Position numbers and translations under genes: made by a program. The notes below the pieces were generated by a model. That model made no database searches, had not been told where the DNA came from, and was given only the letters and a program-made list of their open reading frames with translations. A stretch of DNA of 61,181 bases, filler included, from Dugesia japonica (Eukaryota): NCBI GenBank assembly GCA_001938525.1. It is 6 parts of 6 records of this genome, joined end to end, with 100 filler letters (N's around TTAATTAATTAA, not from the genome) between each part and the next. Parts side by side here need not be neighbours in the genome. Positions count along the whole stretch, not along the records: positions 9,400 to 20,637 come from MQRL01544515.1; positions 20,738 to 29,365 come from MQRL01507835.1; 4 more parts are not named here. The stretch is one strand, 5' to 3'. Below are positions 12,787-25,099 of the stretch, in pieces (the stretch's first letter is position 1; each line of letters opens with the position of its first letter).

Positions 12787-13184
12787 TATTCCAAAGGTGT
12801 AAGCACTTGCTGGAGCACTGTTTCAACCATACATGCTAGTCTTTCCGCCTCGCGTTGTGTTGTTCTCATGGACTGAATAACTATTTGCTGCTGCTTGGCG
12901 AGTTCTGTTACTCTTATTAACAATGTTACTAGTTCCTTTTCACGCTCCTACTTCCATCTAGTAATCTCTGTCACTTGTAATTGATGTTGGCTTTCCTGGT
13001 GTTCGACGTGTATCTGCAGAGCATTAATCCTCTTTATCTGTTCGGCGAATTGCTGTCGTTGACTCAATATCTCCTCTCGCATCTCCGTTATCTTGTCCTC
13101 CTTGACCTGTAGCTGTGCCTGAGTAATCCACCAAAGTTCGACGTCGGTTCCCTCCGTGGTCACCGAATCCCACAACGGTGGCAT
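12787..13184 (-). pseudogene. Coiled-coil orphan ORF with one internal stop
   Basis: Frame continues past the TAG at 12948 as EREKELVTLLIRVTELAKQQQIVIQSMRTTQREAERLACMVETVLQQVLTPLE*; Q/E-rich heptads, GC well above background. Confidence 0.55.
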
Positions 13185-14336
13185 ATTGTTACATGGTGTT
13201 GTCTCGAATGTATATCCGGCNNNNNNNNNNNNNNNNNNNNNNNNNNNNNNNNNNNNNNNNNNNNNNNNNNNNNNNNNNNNNNNNNNNNNNNNNNNNNNNN
13301 NNNNNNNNNNNNNNNNNNCTCAACATAAATATCTCTATTCAATTTATTTTAATTTTAAAGAATGAAATGGGTGTTACCACGAGCTCTGATCGATTAAAAA
13401 TCACTCGTCATTACGGATGAGGTTGGGCTCCCGATTTCCAATCACAATTCATAAGCAATTCATCTCATATGCCGCTTAATATATCTCATTGATTGATATG
13501 CTGCATCTTGATGACCATGTTTGTATTCATATATTATTTGTGGAGATAACCATCCTCCTCCGAATAACGAATGATCCATCGGCCAGCTCAAACTATTATA
13601 AAATTTTAGTTGCATAAATCTATAAAACAAAACTAATCATTATAAAATTAAAGTGATAATATTTTCATAAACATTTGCAATAATTATAGACAGATAAATC
13701 GTTAAATATAGAATAATTAGACAAGAACATGTAATAGTATGTCAGGTCGAATTCAACCACCACCCTCTCAATCAAACTACTAGTCTCTCAGTATCATAAC
13801 GGTTACATTAACACTTCATTACCAAATTACCAAATTATTACAAATCGCTTTCTACGTTTTCACCATCAATTCATCATTCATATATCATGATATCATCTCT
13901 CATCTCTCATTATCATTGTCATTATTAGGAATCGATAACATCTCTTCTCATAATCATTGTCATCTTTCGTAATCATTAATATCTTTAGTAATTTAATGGC
14001 GTAATGGTGGATGATCTCGAAATGAAATTACATTCGGATCTCTGAGTACTGATGTCCATCGTTGCCTGCGTGACCAGTCAACGAGGAACACCGTCTTAGT
14101 CTTCTGATCATTTAGAAATACAAATAAAATTACTTTGTTTTCGTTTGATAATCACTTTCTTAAAATGGCTTCTAGGTTCTTTCAACTATAAGAAAACTAG
14201 CGCTCAACGTTTTAAGAGATTGAGTTTTTTGTGTGTTTTTTTGTCTAAAATCGTTTGCTTTTATACTGAATTTTAATGTCACATTTTGACAGCTACTNNN
14301 NNNTGCCACTTGAAATTTTTAGAAAACGCAGCGAAT

Positions 14337-14600
14337 CGTGCGGTGCTCACTCGCAGATTCTGTTACTGTGTCCAAATTTGGTCGTGCTTTTTTATTCATA
14401 TGGTTACTCGCATTTGATATATAAAAATTTTTATCGTTATCTATGATCACCGGTGCTCACTCGGCATCATATGCTATAACAAACCTCACATTCACTGTAG
14501 ATAATGTGCGGTGCCTACCCGACACATATATTATTTACTTAACGATGTGCGGAGCTCACCCGTCACATATCAATTTAATTTCTATACATAATGTGCGGTA
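14337..14600. repeat. Five spaced copies of a GC-rich imperfect hairpin motif, consensus TGTGCGGTGCTCACYCG(ACACA)
   Basis: Copies at ~14337, 14450, 14504, 14545 and 14591 (partial), with unrelated AT-rich spacers. Confidence 0.75.
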
Positions 14601-16072
14601 AAAATAATGTAGGTTCCAACGTGCAACGGTGCCGATGAAATCCATGATCATCGGACAGGCACGGAAAAAAAATAATAATATTTATTACAAATAATAATAA
14701 TTTTCAAAGTCTGTTTTTGACTTTATAAATAATGATAATTACATGAATATTTATAAANATTTTATATAATTTAAATTTTTTCATTTAACTTTTTATCATC
14801 TTTCATCTCATATAAATTTCATTTTAGAATTCCACTTTTTTCTATATAAATAATAATATTTATACGATAATAATAATTTTTATTATATTTATCTTATAAT
14901 AATAATAATTTTACATAGTAATTATTTAAATACTTTTATAATAATAATACGATTTTCCAACTCATTATAATAATTTTTATACCTATTTTAATTACAAATA
15001 TAATACTGATCTATTTTATATTTCTTTTCTATAATAATTCTAATTAATTTGCCGAAAATTTTTTATGAAAGTATTTTTGTTTTAATCTTACTTTTTTCAT
15101 TAATTACTTATTATATTCNNNNNATCCCTTTTTTAATATATTGATACTTTTATAACATTCATATAATTATACATAATAATATATCGCATATTCCGAAGCT
15201 TTTTGATTTCCTTTCTTCGTTTATCTCTTTTTATCATTTGTGGCAAAATTCAGATTTTAGTTCTATTTTCTTTTTATTTCGTGAACCGTAGTTTATTTAA
15301 TTATTATTTCTTTATTTCTACCTTTATCATTTGAGCATTCATGCTTTAATTCTTTGATTATCCTCTTCTCTTTTACTACTACTATTTTCTTTATTACTTC
15401 ATTTCTACTTGGCGACATTATCTCTTGTCTTTGCTAGTTCCTTTTTATTTTACACATAAATTTCAATAACTGGTCTGTTTCAGCCCAACATATATGTTGG
15501 GTTTTCACGAATTTAAAATGATGTTATTACTGTAGGGGCACACTCGTGAAAACCACAAGCATTTTAACGTCGTGTGTCCCTTACACGCTCTCGGTTTGGT
15601 TCCGGTGACTTTTTCCGGTGCAATTTCGTATCATTTATCACTTTGTCTTTCATATTTATCATCTTTACAAATTTAAACTTGAATAAAAATTTCTGATAAA
15701 TCAGTATTTTATATAATTTATTATTCAATTCATTTATAATTAATAACAAAATAATAACTCAGTTTGATATTCAAAAACTTTATTACTTTCAAAGCAGTAC
15801 CATACAAATAAAATACTCTATTTTATTAACAACAAAAGAAGAAATTGCATGAAGATTTACGTAAAAAATCTCATAACCCCCTCCCATCCCACTCATCAGT
15901 ACACTCTGACATCCTCTGATTCTTCTCATAACACTTTGTAAGATTTAATTGATCATCATCGAAATTTTTATCGTAAGATTTATTATTATTTTATTTCAAA
16001 GGGTTTATTTTTTTTATTTTTAATTTTAATTTAATACATTAAGATTCATTTTAATTTCATCTGATTCTTCAT

Positions 16073-16605
16073 TCAAAATTTTAATGTTAAAATGTCATTC
16101 GTGATTGATTCCATCTCATATTCCAAATAATTGATAAAATCTAACAATGATTTAGTACGATAACAAATCTCTTTACAAAGATGATCTTTCATTATATCAT
16201 TAAACACTTTGTTGATCATATATCCCATTTCAAAATATGGACAACTTGTCGGATTCTTGTCACATGTTCTCATGTGATTTTCTATCAAACCCAACTTATC
16301 TGTGAATTCACAATATTTACTTCAACATTTCGCAACAATTTCTGAAAATCCAATGTTAGTTGGATAATTAATAACACCATCTTTAATTTTGACCAATGTA
16401 TGCAACTGCAAAAAGCATTACAAATTTTCCAAATCATCTAATTATTAACTTTATTCATTAATTGAAATTTATTTTCTTTGAAATAAATTTCCACATAGTC
16501 TCAAATATTTCATTTGTCATAAATAAATGATGTCTGAAAAAACAAATCATCGGAAATGCAAACAGTTTTCACAAAATTTCATCATATTATCAGTGTAATC
16601 AATCA
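16073..16605 (-). pseudogene. TRAF/SINA-type zinc finger gene with probable decayed RING
   Basis: KC*SKYCEFTDKLGLIENHMRTCDKNPTSCPYFEMG..MKDHL followed by a helical tail; upstream FCENCLH..LCGNLF resembles a frameshifted RING. Confidence 0.6.
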
Positions 16606-16874
16606 TTTTAAAATTATTTAAATATTAAATATTTGTAATAATATCATTATTATTATATAATACTAATAAATTAATAAATACCTGGGATTTATTTTCGTTA
16701 TCACTTTTATCGATTTCCGATACACTTTCTACTGTGAAATCATTCTCATCAATTACTAAAATTTCATCTCTNNNNNNNNTTAAATAAAACCAAATTTCGT
16801 TCTGATTGATATATTTCCATAATTTATTCCTTTTATAGATTTCGTTAATAGATTTCAAATTTTTTTTATTTTTT

Positions 16875-17120
16875 TAAACTCCTTTTTATCAATATAAATA
16901 AAATCTTTTCAACTCCTTTTTATCAATATAAATCTTTCAACTCCTTTTCATCAATATAAATAAAATCTTTCAACTCCTTTTTATCAATATAAATAAAATC
17001 TTTCAACTCCTTTTTATCAATGTAAATAAAATCTTTCCAANTTTTTTTTATCAATTAATAAAATCAATATAAATAAAATCCTTTCGAACTCCTATTAATC
17101 AATATAAATAAAATCTTTTC
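16875..17120 (-). repeat. Tandem repeat, ~32-33 bp unit x~7
   Basis: CAACTCCTTTTTATCAATATAAATAAAATCTTT units; minus strand reads KDFIYIDKKEL. Confidence 0.88.
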
Positions 17121-17322
17121 AAAATGTTTTCAATTTTCTTTGTCATCATTGAACAATGTATATGCATCGTTCGATTTTATACCGAACGATGCACACATCT
17201 ACACACCAGCACATTTACTGGCCTCGTTTAAGGATNNNNNNNNNNNNNNNNNNNNNNNNNNNNNNNNNNNNNNNNNNNNNNNNNNNNNNNNNNNNNNNNN
17301 NNNNNNNNNNNNNNNNNNNNNN

Positions 17323-17376
<54 letters not shown>

Positions 17377-17556
17377 TCACTTCTACTAATAATAATATAA
17401 CTCATCATATAATATTTGTTTTCCAAGCTCATTTCAAAATTAATAAATCTGTACAACCATAACTCATAATCATCACACCNNNNNATACCATTATCTACAT
17501 GATCTGCTCGATTTTAATTTTATTAATATTTGTGTACTAGCCCAACATCATATATA

Positions 17557-20120
17557 TGTTACGGTGAAACAACCGGTTATTTAAAAGGAAAAAGGAGACG
17601 GGAAATTGGAATCACAAAATAACACCGAAAGAGCCGGAGAAAAACGAATTAACCAAATATATAGAACAAAATCGATAAGCTACTATAATACATAGGGTAA
17701 AGGTAAAACCAAGAAAAAAATGCAGGCCATCAGAAGAAATAATTGAATCCAACTCAATCATGATAATTAAAGGAAAAATCAAATTTATATTGTTAAAACA
17801 AACTAATTTATTATTTCAAAATAATTAATTAGGAATGAAATATCAATTAATTTCATTAAAAAAATAAATGCAAATTAGGTCAAAATCAGTTGTTCATGAA
17901 TAACTCCACTCTGGTTAGTCCCAGAATCTTGTGGTAAAAAAAACTGGAAAGAGTTGTTACCTGGTCAATGGGATTTTGCAATTGGAAAACGCTATTATCA
18001 TCAGAGGGACTACCACAGGGGTTGGAAGATTGGGCCAATAATAACCCAAAAAATAAAATAAAAACAAAGACTTAAGCATCACATGGGGGTTTAAAAATAG
18101 ACGCCAATGACATAACAAAAAATGGTAAAAAATTCTCAGAAATCTATCAGAAGTCTATGCCAATAGAAAACTAGAAATCGGAATTAAAAATAGCGGGCCA
18201 ATGCTGATAAAATCTGGTTGCATTCAGAAAGCAATTTAAACCCCATGAAAACTTAGTAAATTAATCAATTTAATCAGCATTTTCTAACACAAAAACTCTA
18301 TTAATTCAGTATAAAGCGTGAACCTTGAGTATTATAAACGAAATCTGTGGAATCATCAACAAGAAATTCGATACCTCCAGTGGTTTAATTATTATAAAAT
18401 TAACAAGTGAAATTATTGAAGATTTTAGAAAAGAAAATCGGTAGATACCAAAAATCCGGAGAAAACATTTCTAAATCAAAATTCTTCTCTTTATTACTCT
18501 TGTTGCAGCCAAGAGAAAATTAATAATAAGTAAGCATGCTTCTACTTAATTATTATTTGTTCATAAATGTTGTTTGTTATAATTGTTAATAAATCTTATT
18601 AGATTAAATTTTAGTTATTAGTGTGGAAATTGCTTATTCCCATTAAATTAAAATAATTATATCGATCTTACTCAGGATTTGTCATCCCATAATATCACGA
18701 TCCAATTGTGAAATAATCTAGGTATTCATTCCTGTATTTTTATGGGAATAAAATTCAAACTAAAACAACAAACTAACCAGGAAATTTTGCATGCAAATCT
18801 AATCAGAAAATTTTATAGCAGTATACCACAAATCTAACACTTAAAACAATCATGCAATCACATTCACATCCTTTTAATGAGTCGATAGTTCCACACATTG
18901 CCTGTTGACACACATAAATCAACAAAATGCGAACAAGTAGAGATACATACATCGTCATCACACCGATCTCGATACACGCATTTCGGTAACTAGATAGATG
19001 GAATATTTTCACTGTTGTATCCAACGCTATTTGTTGACTTACACAATTAAATGATTTTCGTCTATGAATCAGCCACATACTCGATTAACATGAATACCAC
19101 TGAGGTCAGTGGCGTCCTTATTATGGCTGTGTTAACATCATTACTGTTTATCAAATCAATGTCAGCCACATAGTTCAACAATTTTTTTTCTTCGCTCAGG
19201 TTGTTATCACCTATGCAAATTGAACATGCCAATTAATATTAATTTTAGACGGATTATTTCGGAGATGATCATTACTACTAGTATCACTAACTCTATCATT
19301 GCATTACTATCCTCATAACTATTAATATGATTAATACCGTCATCAAAATTATACTTTAACAATTAGTATTTCTATTAATGGTCATATTATTGTCATAACT
19401 TTCATCACCCTAACTGATAGTATTAATATTTTGATTTTCCAATAGAATTATGGTATAATCATTAAGCAAACTGATTTTATTTGATAATTATTATCACTAA
19501 ACTTAGTATCGATATCCGGTGCATTATACATTATTAATTGTTACTGCTATCTTATTATTACTAACCATCCTATATTTATTCCCCGATTATTAAGTATTAC
19601 TATTAACATCTTTAATATTATTATTATTCCTGATGTATTAGAAGTATTATTAATGACAGTTAAAAGATGAATCTTGCTGATACCATCAATTTGATGAAAT
19701 CATTGACTCCATAACTTTCCTTATTGAGAACATCATTAATATTAAATTCTAAATCGGGTTGTTAGAATCAATTTTGTTTTCGTCGTAACTCGTAATTCCG
19801 GACAATGATTTCAATAACGTAAATATTAAGAGCTATCATCCTCATCGGAATTGGGTAGGTTATAGTCACCAACCCTAATGCGGTGGTCCCAAATTCATTA
19901 ATATGTAAAATTAAATTTTAAAATTCTATTTAGAAATATGTCTGCGAAACTGTACTACTTTACTCTTAATTCGAAAGGCTCGGAAATCCGCACGGCTGAA
20001 ACAACTTATCGGACATAGATTATTTCCTAATCTAATAGAACATCCCGACGAAACCGATTTAGCCTACTTCGTTGTAATGTTCCCCCTACCATTTCCAGTG
20101 GACCTTGATGAAGTGTGACA
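17557..20120 (+). mobile_element. Long (~2.56 kb) LTR-like sequence related to the 42417-44731 solo LTR
   Basis: Starts TGTTACGGTGAAAC after (TA)n, ends GTGACA; colinear blocks (start, CCAAT boxes, TATA, GTTGCAG..AATAAGTAA, IVTxP ORF end) shared with the reverse complement of 42417-44731; no TSD seen. Confidence 0.6.
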
Positions 20121-20222
20121 ACCGCCTGCAAAACAAAATAACTGACATGCTTGATTTAAATAAAAATAGTTTAATCATCATTTATTTTATCATAATAGGT
20201 TTTTTTTGTCATTTTATTATCA

Positions 20223-20558
20223 ATGATTTTTATCATAATTATGTCTTTTTTTCTTACGTTGATCATCACTGTAGAAATTAATAATAATAGGATGGAGCAC
20301 AAGTGGGAAGTATTATTGAACAGGCGCACAGGATGTACAGTATTTAAGAAATACATTAACCCTCATGACTGTAATGCGGGCATCTTTGCTGACTACTCGA
20401 ATCTGTCTAGTGAAGATGCAGATAATGAGAGAGAATGGGCTGCGGCGGAGCGCCAAGCTTTTTATCAGTGGAGCTGCCCAAATGAATTTGGAAAGATTAT
20501 TATCCGAAATATTGAATGGTTAAAGAATTATAAGGAGGGGAATGTGAGATGTGATTAA
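20223..20558 (+). CDS. Orphan ORF (111 aa) with hydrophobic signal-peptide-like N-terminus
   Basis: Uninterrupted, GC-elevated, complex sequence with 4 Cys and 4 Trp. Confidence 0.5.
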   Translation: MIFIIIMSFFLTLIITVEINNNRMEHKWEVLLNRRTGCTVFKKYINPHDCNAGIFADYSNLSSEDADNEREWAAAERQAFYQWSCPNEFGKIIIRNIEWLKNYKEGNVRCD

Positions 20559-20637
20559 TTATAAAAATGATAATTAAATATTTTATGTTATGTAATTGTA
20601 TGTTTGCATGTATGCCTGAAAAATCTGATATGTTTGA

Positions 20638-20737
20638 NNNNNNNNNNNNNNNNNNNNNNNNNNNNNNNNNNNNNNNNNNNNTTAATTAATTAANNNNNNN
20701 NNNNNNNNNNNNNNNNNNNNNNNNNNNNNNNNNNNNN
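20638..20737. other. Artificial contig-joining spacer
   Basis: TTAATTAATTAA at 20682-20693 flanked by N runs. Confidence 0.97.
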
Positions 20738-20850
20738 TATACACCCAAATATTTACCAGTGATATGGTCTAGATCACGGACAGAGTTTACTGTTTCATTT
20801 TTATGAAGGTATCAGGTTCTAATTAATACATAGAAGAAAACGTCTTTCTT
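20738..20850 (-). mobile_element. Endonuclease-VII-like fragment of a Polinton/adintovirus-type PolB
   Basis: VRDLDHITGKYLGV, paralogous to VRDYDHFTGQYLGT at ~25280-25320. Confidence 0.6.
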
Positions 20851-20925
20851 CTTCGATTGATAACATTTCTATTGGTTTTGTATCTTCATTTATAATAGTA
20901 ATAATAATATTATAATACTAATTAT

Positions 20926-20985
<60 letters not shown>

Positions 20986-22353
20986 NNNNNNNNNNNNNNN
21001 NNNNNNNNNNNNNNNNNNNNNNNNNNNNNNNNNNNATAATAATAATAATAATAATAATAATTTTGAATCAATTCAATATTTCGATAATTGTTTTATACGT
21101 TTGATAGTAATAATCTTAATAATATCAATAACAAACTATTAAAACTTATTAATAAACGAAACATTTACATATTAATGTTTCAATTTATTGCATCCAGTTG
21201 ACTTATTTCTTTGTTATAGTAATCAATATTTGATAGCAAAATGTTATCAATGATAATTCTATAGATATCAGCTAAGTTAATTTTATTATATACCCTAATC
21301 ATTCTTATTTCATTATCAATTATCTATGCTGCATTTTCGACAAAGTAATTAGTAATTATTATTTTAATTTGCACGCAATAAGCGGTGCGTTTTCTTATGT
21401 ATATATATGATTTACATATTTTATATTTAATTATTTTATTTGATAAGGAATTTTGTTGATCCCGGAAGCGTCTCCTGTCTCAATGTTGAGACAACCGGGA
21501 TGTATGTTGTGTTGGTTTATGAAACACAGATAGTAATTTGATGATTTAATAAAAATATAAAACTAAAAAAATTCCTATAAATTAACAAAACATGTAACCG
21601 AAAATTTTATTTAACAAAACTATAAAATGTTGCTGTTTTTTTGTGTATGTAATAATCGCACTTGGATTTGTTTTTTGTAGAAACGTTTCTTTAGCTTTCA
21701 GAGGTTCTTCTTTATTATCGTAGTTTGGGGAAAATTTAACTTTATTACCAGTTTTTGTTGGCGGTAGCCAAATCTATACAGAGGGGCGACTGTATTTAGT
21801 TAATTAATATATTTGGCGGTTGTCAAGAATCAGTTTATTGTTTATATTGTTTTTGAATTTGGATTCAGTTCTATTTCTGGTGGTTGCCAAAGGAATTCAT
21901 TTTATTTTCAAAGTTTTAATTTCCATTTTTTATTAATTTTCTCTTTGTCATTTTTCGCCGNNNNNNNNNNNNNNNNNNNNNNNNNNNNNNNNNNNNNNNN
22001 NNNNNNNTTTTTGTCAATACTATTTTATTGACGTCTTTATAATTTCTAATTTTTTATATTATAGGATATACATACATACATTCATGTATGTGTGTATATA
22101 GATGCATTTTGTAAAAAAACAATAACATTAAATAAAACTTTCCCCTTTAAGACCAGAGGTTTAAACAATGATTAAAATAAATATTATCAGATATTTACAT
22201 GCAACTATTCACATCCTGAAATACTTACACAGCATATTTGACAGAATATAAAAAAATGTACAAGTTAGAACGAAAAATTATTAGTATTTAAATTACAGTA
22301 TGTTTGTTTTATTTTTTTGTTTTAATTATTGTTTGTCTATGTTATCTGCGTGT

Positions 22354-22635
22354 TTAAATGAAGATTTTTGAGTGATTTTGTGTGCTGAATGTAACATGTT
22401 TTGTTTCTTTGGATAAATGGTATGGTTTGGTTCTTCTCAGGTTGACTTTTGTTTCTTTTTCATCAATAATTAAAGTTGCGACATCTTTTTCAACTTTGAT
22501 TAATTTATATGGGCCTGAGTATTTTGATTCAAAGCCTTTTGCGAAAGATTTTTTTACTAATGCATAGTCTGTACTGAGTACTATTTTATTATGGGGTTGT
22601 GATTTGTTTTTCTTTAGGATACTCTTCATTTCCAA
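22354..22635 (-). mobile_element. Gypsy integrase C-terminal GPY/F module remnant
   Basis: FESKYSGPYKLIKV...VNLRRTKPY. Confidence 0.75.
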
Positions 22636-23649
22636 TGTTTTCGTTTTGCTATTCTTGTTTACTGTCTTTCCTGTGTCTGTTCTTTTATTTCCTTTTATTT
22701 TTGGAATTATTGTTTGTTTACCCCATATTATTTGGCTTGGCCTTTGGTTATTGGTTGAATTTGGGAATATTTGCTTTGTTCATCGTTTTTAATTGGCTTA
22801 ACGTCTACTCAAATTATTTTAATTAATTTTATACACCTAGTTAGTTTAATTTATTTTCTTATTCATCTTTCTTTTTTAGCTTTATAGATTATTTTCTTTA
22901 AAATATTCTCTCATAAATTATTCTTTTCATAAATTCTCTTCATTTTTAAATCAGTGTTTCTATTTTTTACTGTTTATTATTAGTTGTATTCTATGAATGC
23001 TTGTCATACATTCCCTCCTCAAATAATTTCGTTTTCTTTCTATGGCTCTAATTTGACCAAGAGATTGAGAGGCATTCTATTTATTCAGGTTTCAGAATCA
23101 TAATTTATTTGATACATTTGTTTGTACATCATTGGAAATTCAGTTATTTTATTTAAGATTTATTTAAGTAGATATATAATAGTGCTCTGTGTTACATAAT
23201 AACCACATTATAGTTGCGTAATCAATACATAATGATTATGTAATAATCACATAACCACATAATTATGAAACACCTGTTACGTTTTATTATGTAAACATCG
23301 GTACGTAGCGATGCTACAGCATTACACAATCATCGATTTATTACTCAATCACAGCGTGTCAATAACACAGTCACTGTGTAGTAATCACGTTATTATGTAA
23401 TTACAGTTTACCGATGAAGTAATCACGGGGGGTTTATTTTANCACCATTTTTTGATTAAATAATCATATCACCTGTATTCACCTGATGTTTACGTAATCA
23501 ATGCAAGTAAATAGATGTGAGCGCATAAGATCGCCCCCACCCTAGCGAAAAAACATAACTGATCTGAAAATGTGAGCTAATGGTTATCGTGGATTTTGAA
23601 TTTTAAGATTTTTGATCGGATCAAAAAATTTTATTTTTTTTAATGTTTT

Positions 23650-24900
23650 TTTTACAATTGCAAGTATTACGAGAATAATTGTTGGACGTAACCATTGACC
23701 GTTTTTCGGAATTCATTTAAAATAAAAGCTTCGATCAAAATTTGTTTGATTTAATATTACAATAGTAATTTATTTTTATTAAATTTTAATTGGTTAATTT
23801 TAATTTTTATTCAAATTTAATTATTTAATAATTATAAATTACATTGATTTTAGGATTGTCTTTAATAAGTAATTCTTCGTGTATTTTTCTATGAAGTGTA
23901 GAAATATAGNNNNNNNNNNNNNNNNNNNNNNNNNNNNNNNNNNNNNNNNNNNNNNNNNNNNNNNNNNNNNNNNNNNNNNNNNNNNNNNNNNNNNNNNNNN
24001 NNNNNNNNNNNNNNNNNNNNNNNNNNNNNNNNNNNNNNNNNNNNNNNNNNNNNNNNNNNNNNNNNNNNNNNNNNNNNNNNNNNNNNNAGTGACATTTTTC
24101 TTATTGTATATATTTTTACCATCACAAATGCATTTGAGACCACAAAAATTCTGTCTTAGTTTTTGTAATTGGATACCTAAAGGTATTTGCTTTTTAAATA
24201 TAATTCTTGGATGTTGTTTGAGTTTTGATTTTTTTTATTATATTTTGCATAATTTGGTTACATTTCTCATTAATAAAAGGTAATTTAATTACTGTGTTTG
24301 TCTTTTGTTTGATTATATTTAATTTTGTATTCGTGGATAAATACTTCTTTAATTACACCAATTATCTGGCTGATGGTAGTATTACTACTCCAAGGTAATA
24401 TATTTCCACTGTAAAATGGTTGCATATATAACTGGGTAGTTAATATTTCACCAGGTTTCTTTTGGATTAAAGTGTCCAAAAAAGGAATCTGAAAGTCAAT
24501 TGATTTCTCCAAAATAAATGTAATGTTATAATTTATTCTGTTCGCTAATTCTAAAATGTTCTCTAGAAGAGAATTAGTTACAAAGAAAATCTAAACTATA
24601 GATGAATTTTCTTGTTTGATTTAAAAATTATTTCATTTTCAATGAAGGTCATAAAAATTATCGCTATAATTGGAGATAAATTAAAAAAAGGTTTTTAAAC
24701 AAAAAGCTGGTCTAGCAATTGGTAATAATTTTTACTGCTGAATCAAGTTATGAGTTTATAAATTGATAGGAATCTATAAATTTGATAGCTGGTAATTTAG
24801 TTTTATGCTCTATTAAGCAAAGAGACCTTTCCATTGTTGTTATAATGCAATTCAGACTCAATTGTGGGAATTTATTTATTCCATGTGAGGCATACATACT
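23650..24900 (-). mobile_element. Penelope-like element, 5'-truncated: RT C-terminus, linker, (gap), 3' terminal repeat
   Basis: LSPIIAIIFM, IPFLDTLI..TTQLYMQPFYSGNILPWSS; sequence matches the copies at 31945-32580 and 37555-38030. Confidence 0.9.
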
Positions 24901-25099
24901 TCTGGTAAAGAAAAATCTTCTTTTATCATGAATATTTATTAAATAAACAATTCGATAACACAGTTTCTAAATAAATTTACAATCATAACTTTAGAATAAT
25001 TTCAATAAATTTACAACGGAAATAAAACTTAGTAAAATGGCCAATATTCCAAAATAAAGTAATTATGGCTAAAAGTTTTTACCAAGCTTTCTTTTTCAA

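Noticed and set aside
14337-14600. CRISPR-like array
   Set aside because: Repeats are degenerate, spacer lengths vary widely, there are no cas genes, and the context is eukaryotic
15420-15660. Possible PWWP-like or other coding relic in the cassette
   Set aside because: Multiple stops in all frames and no motif I can name with confidence
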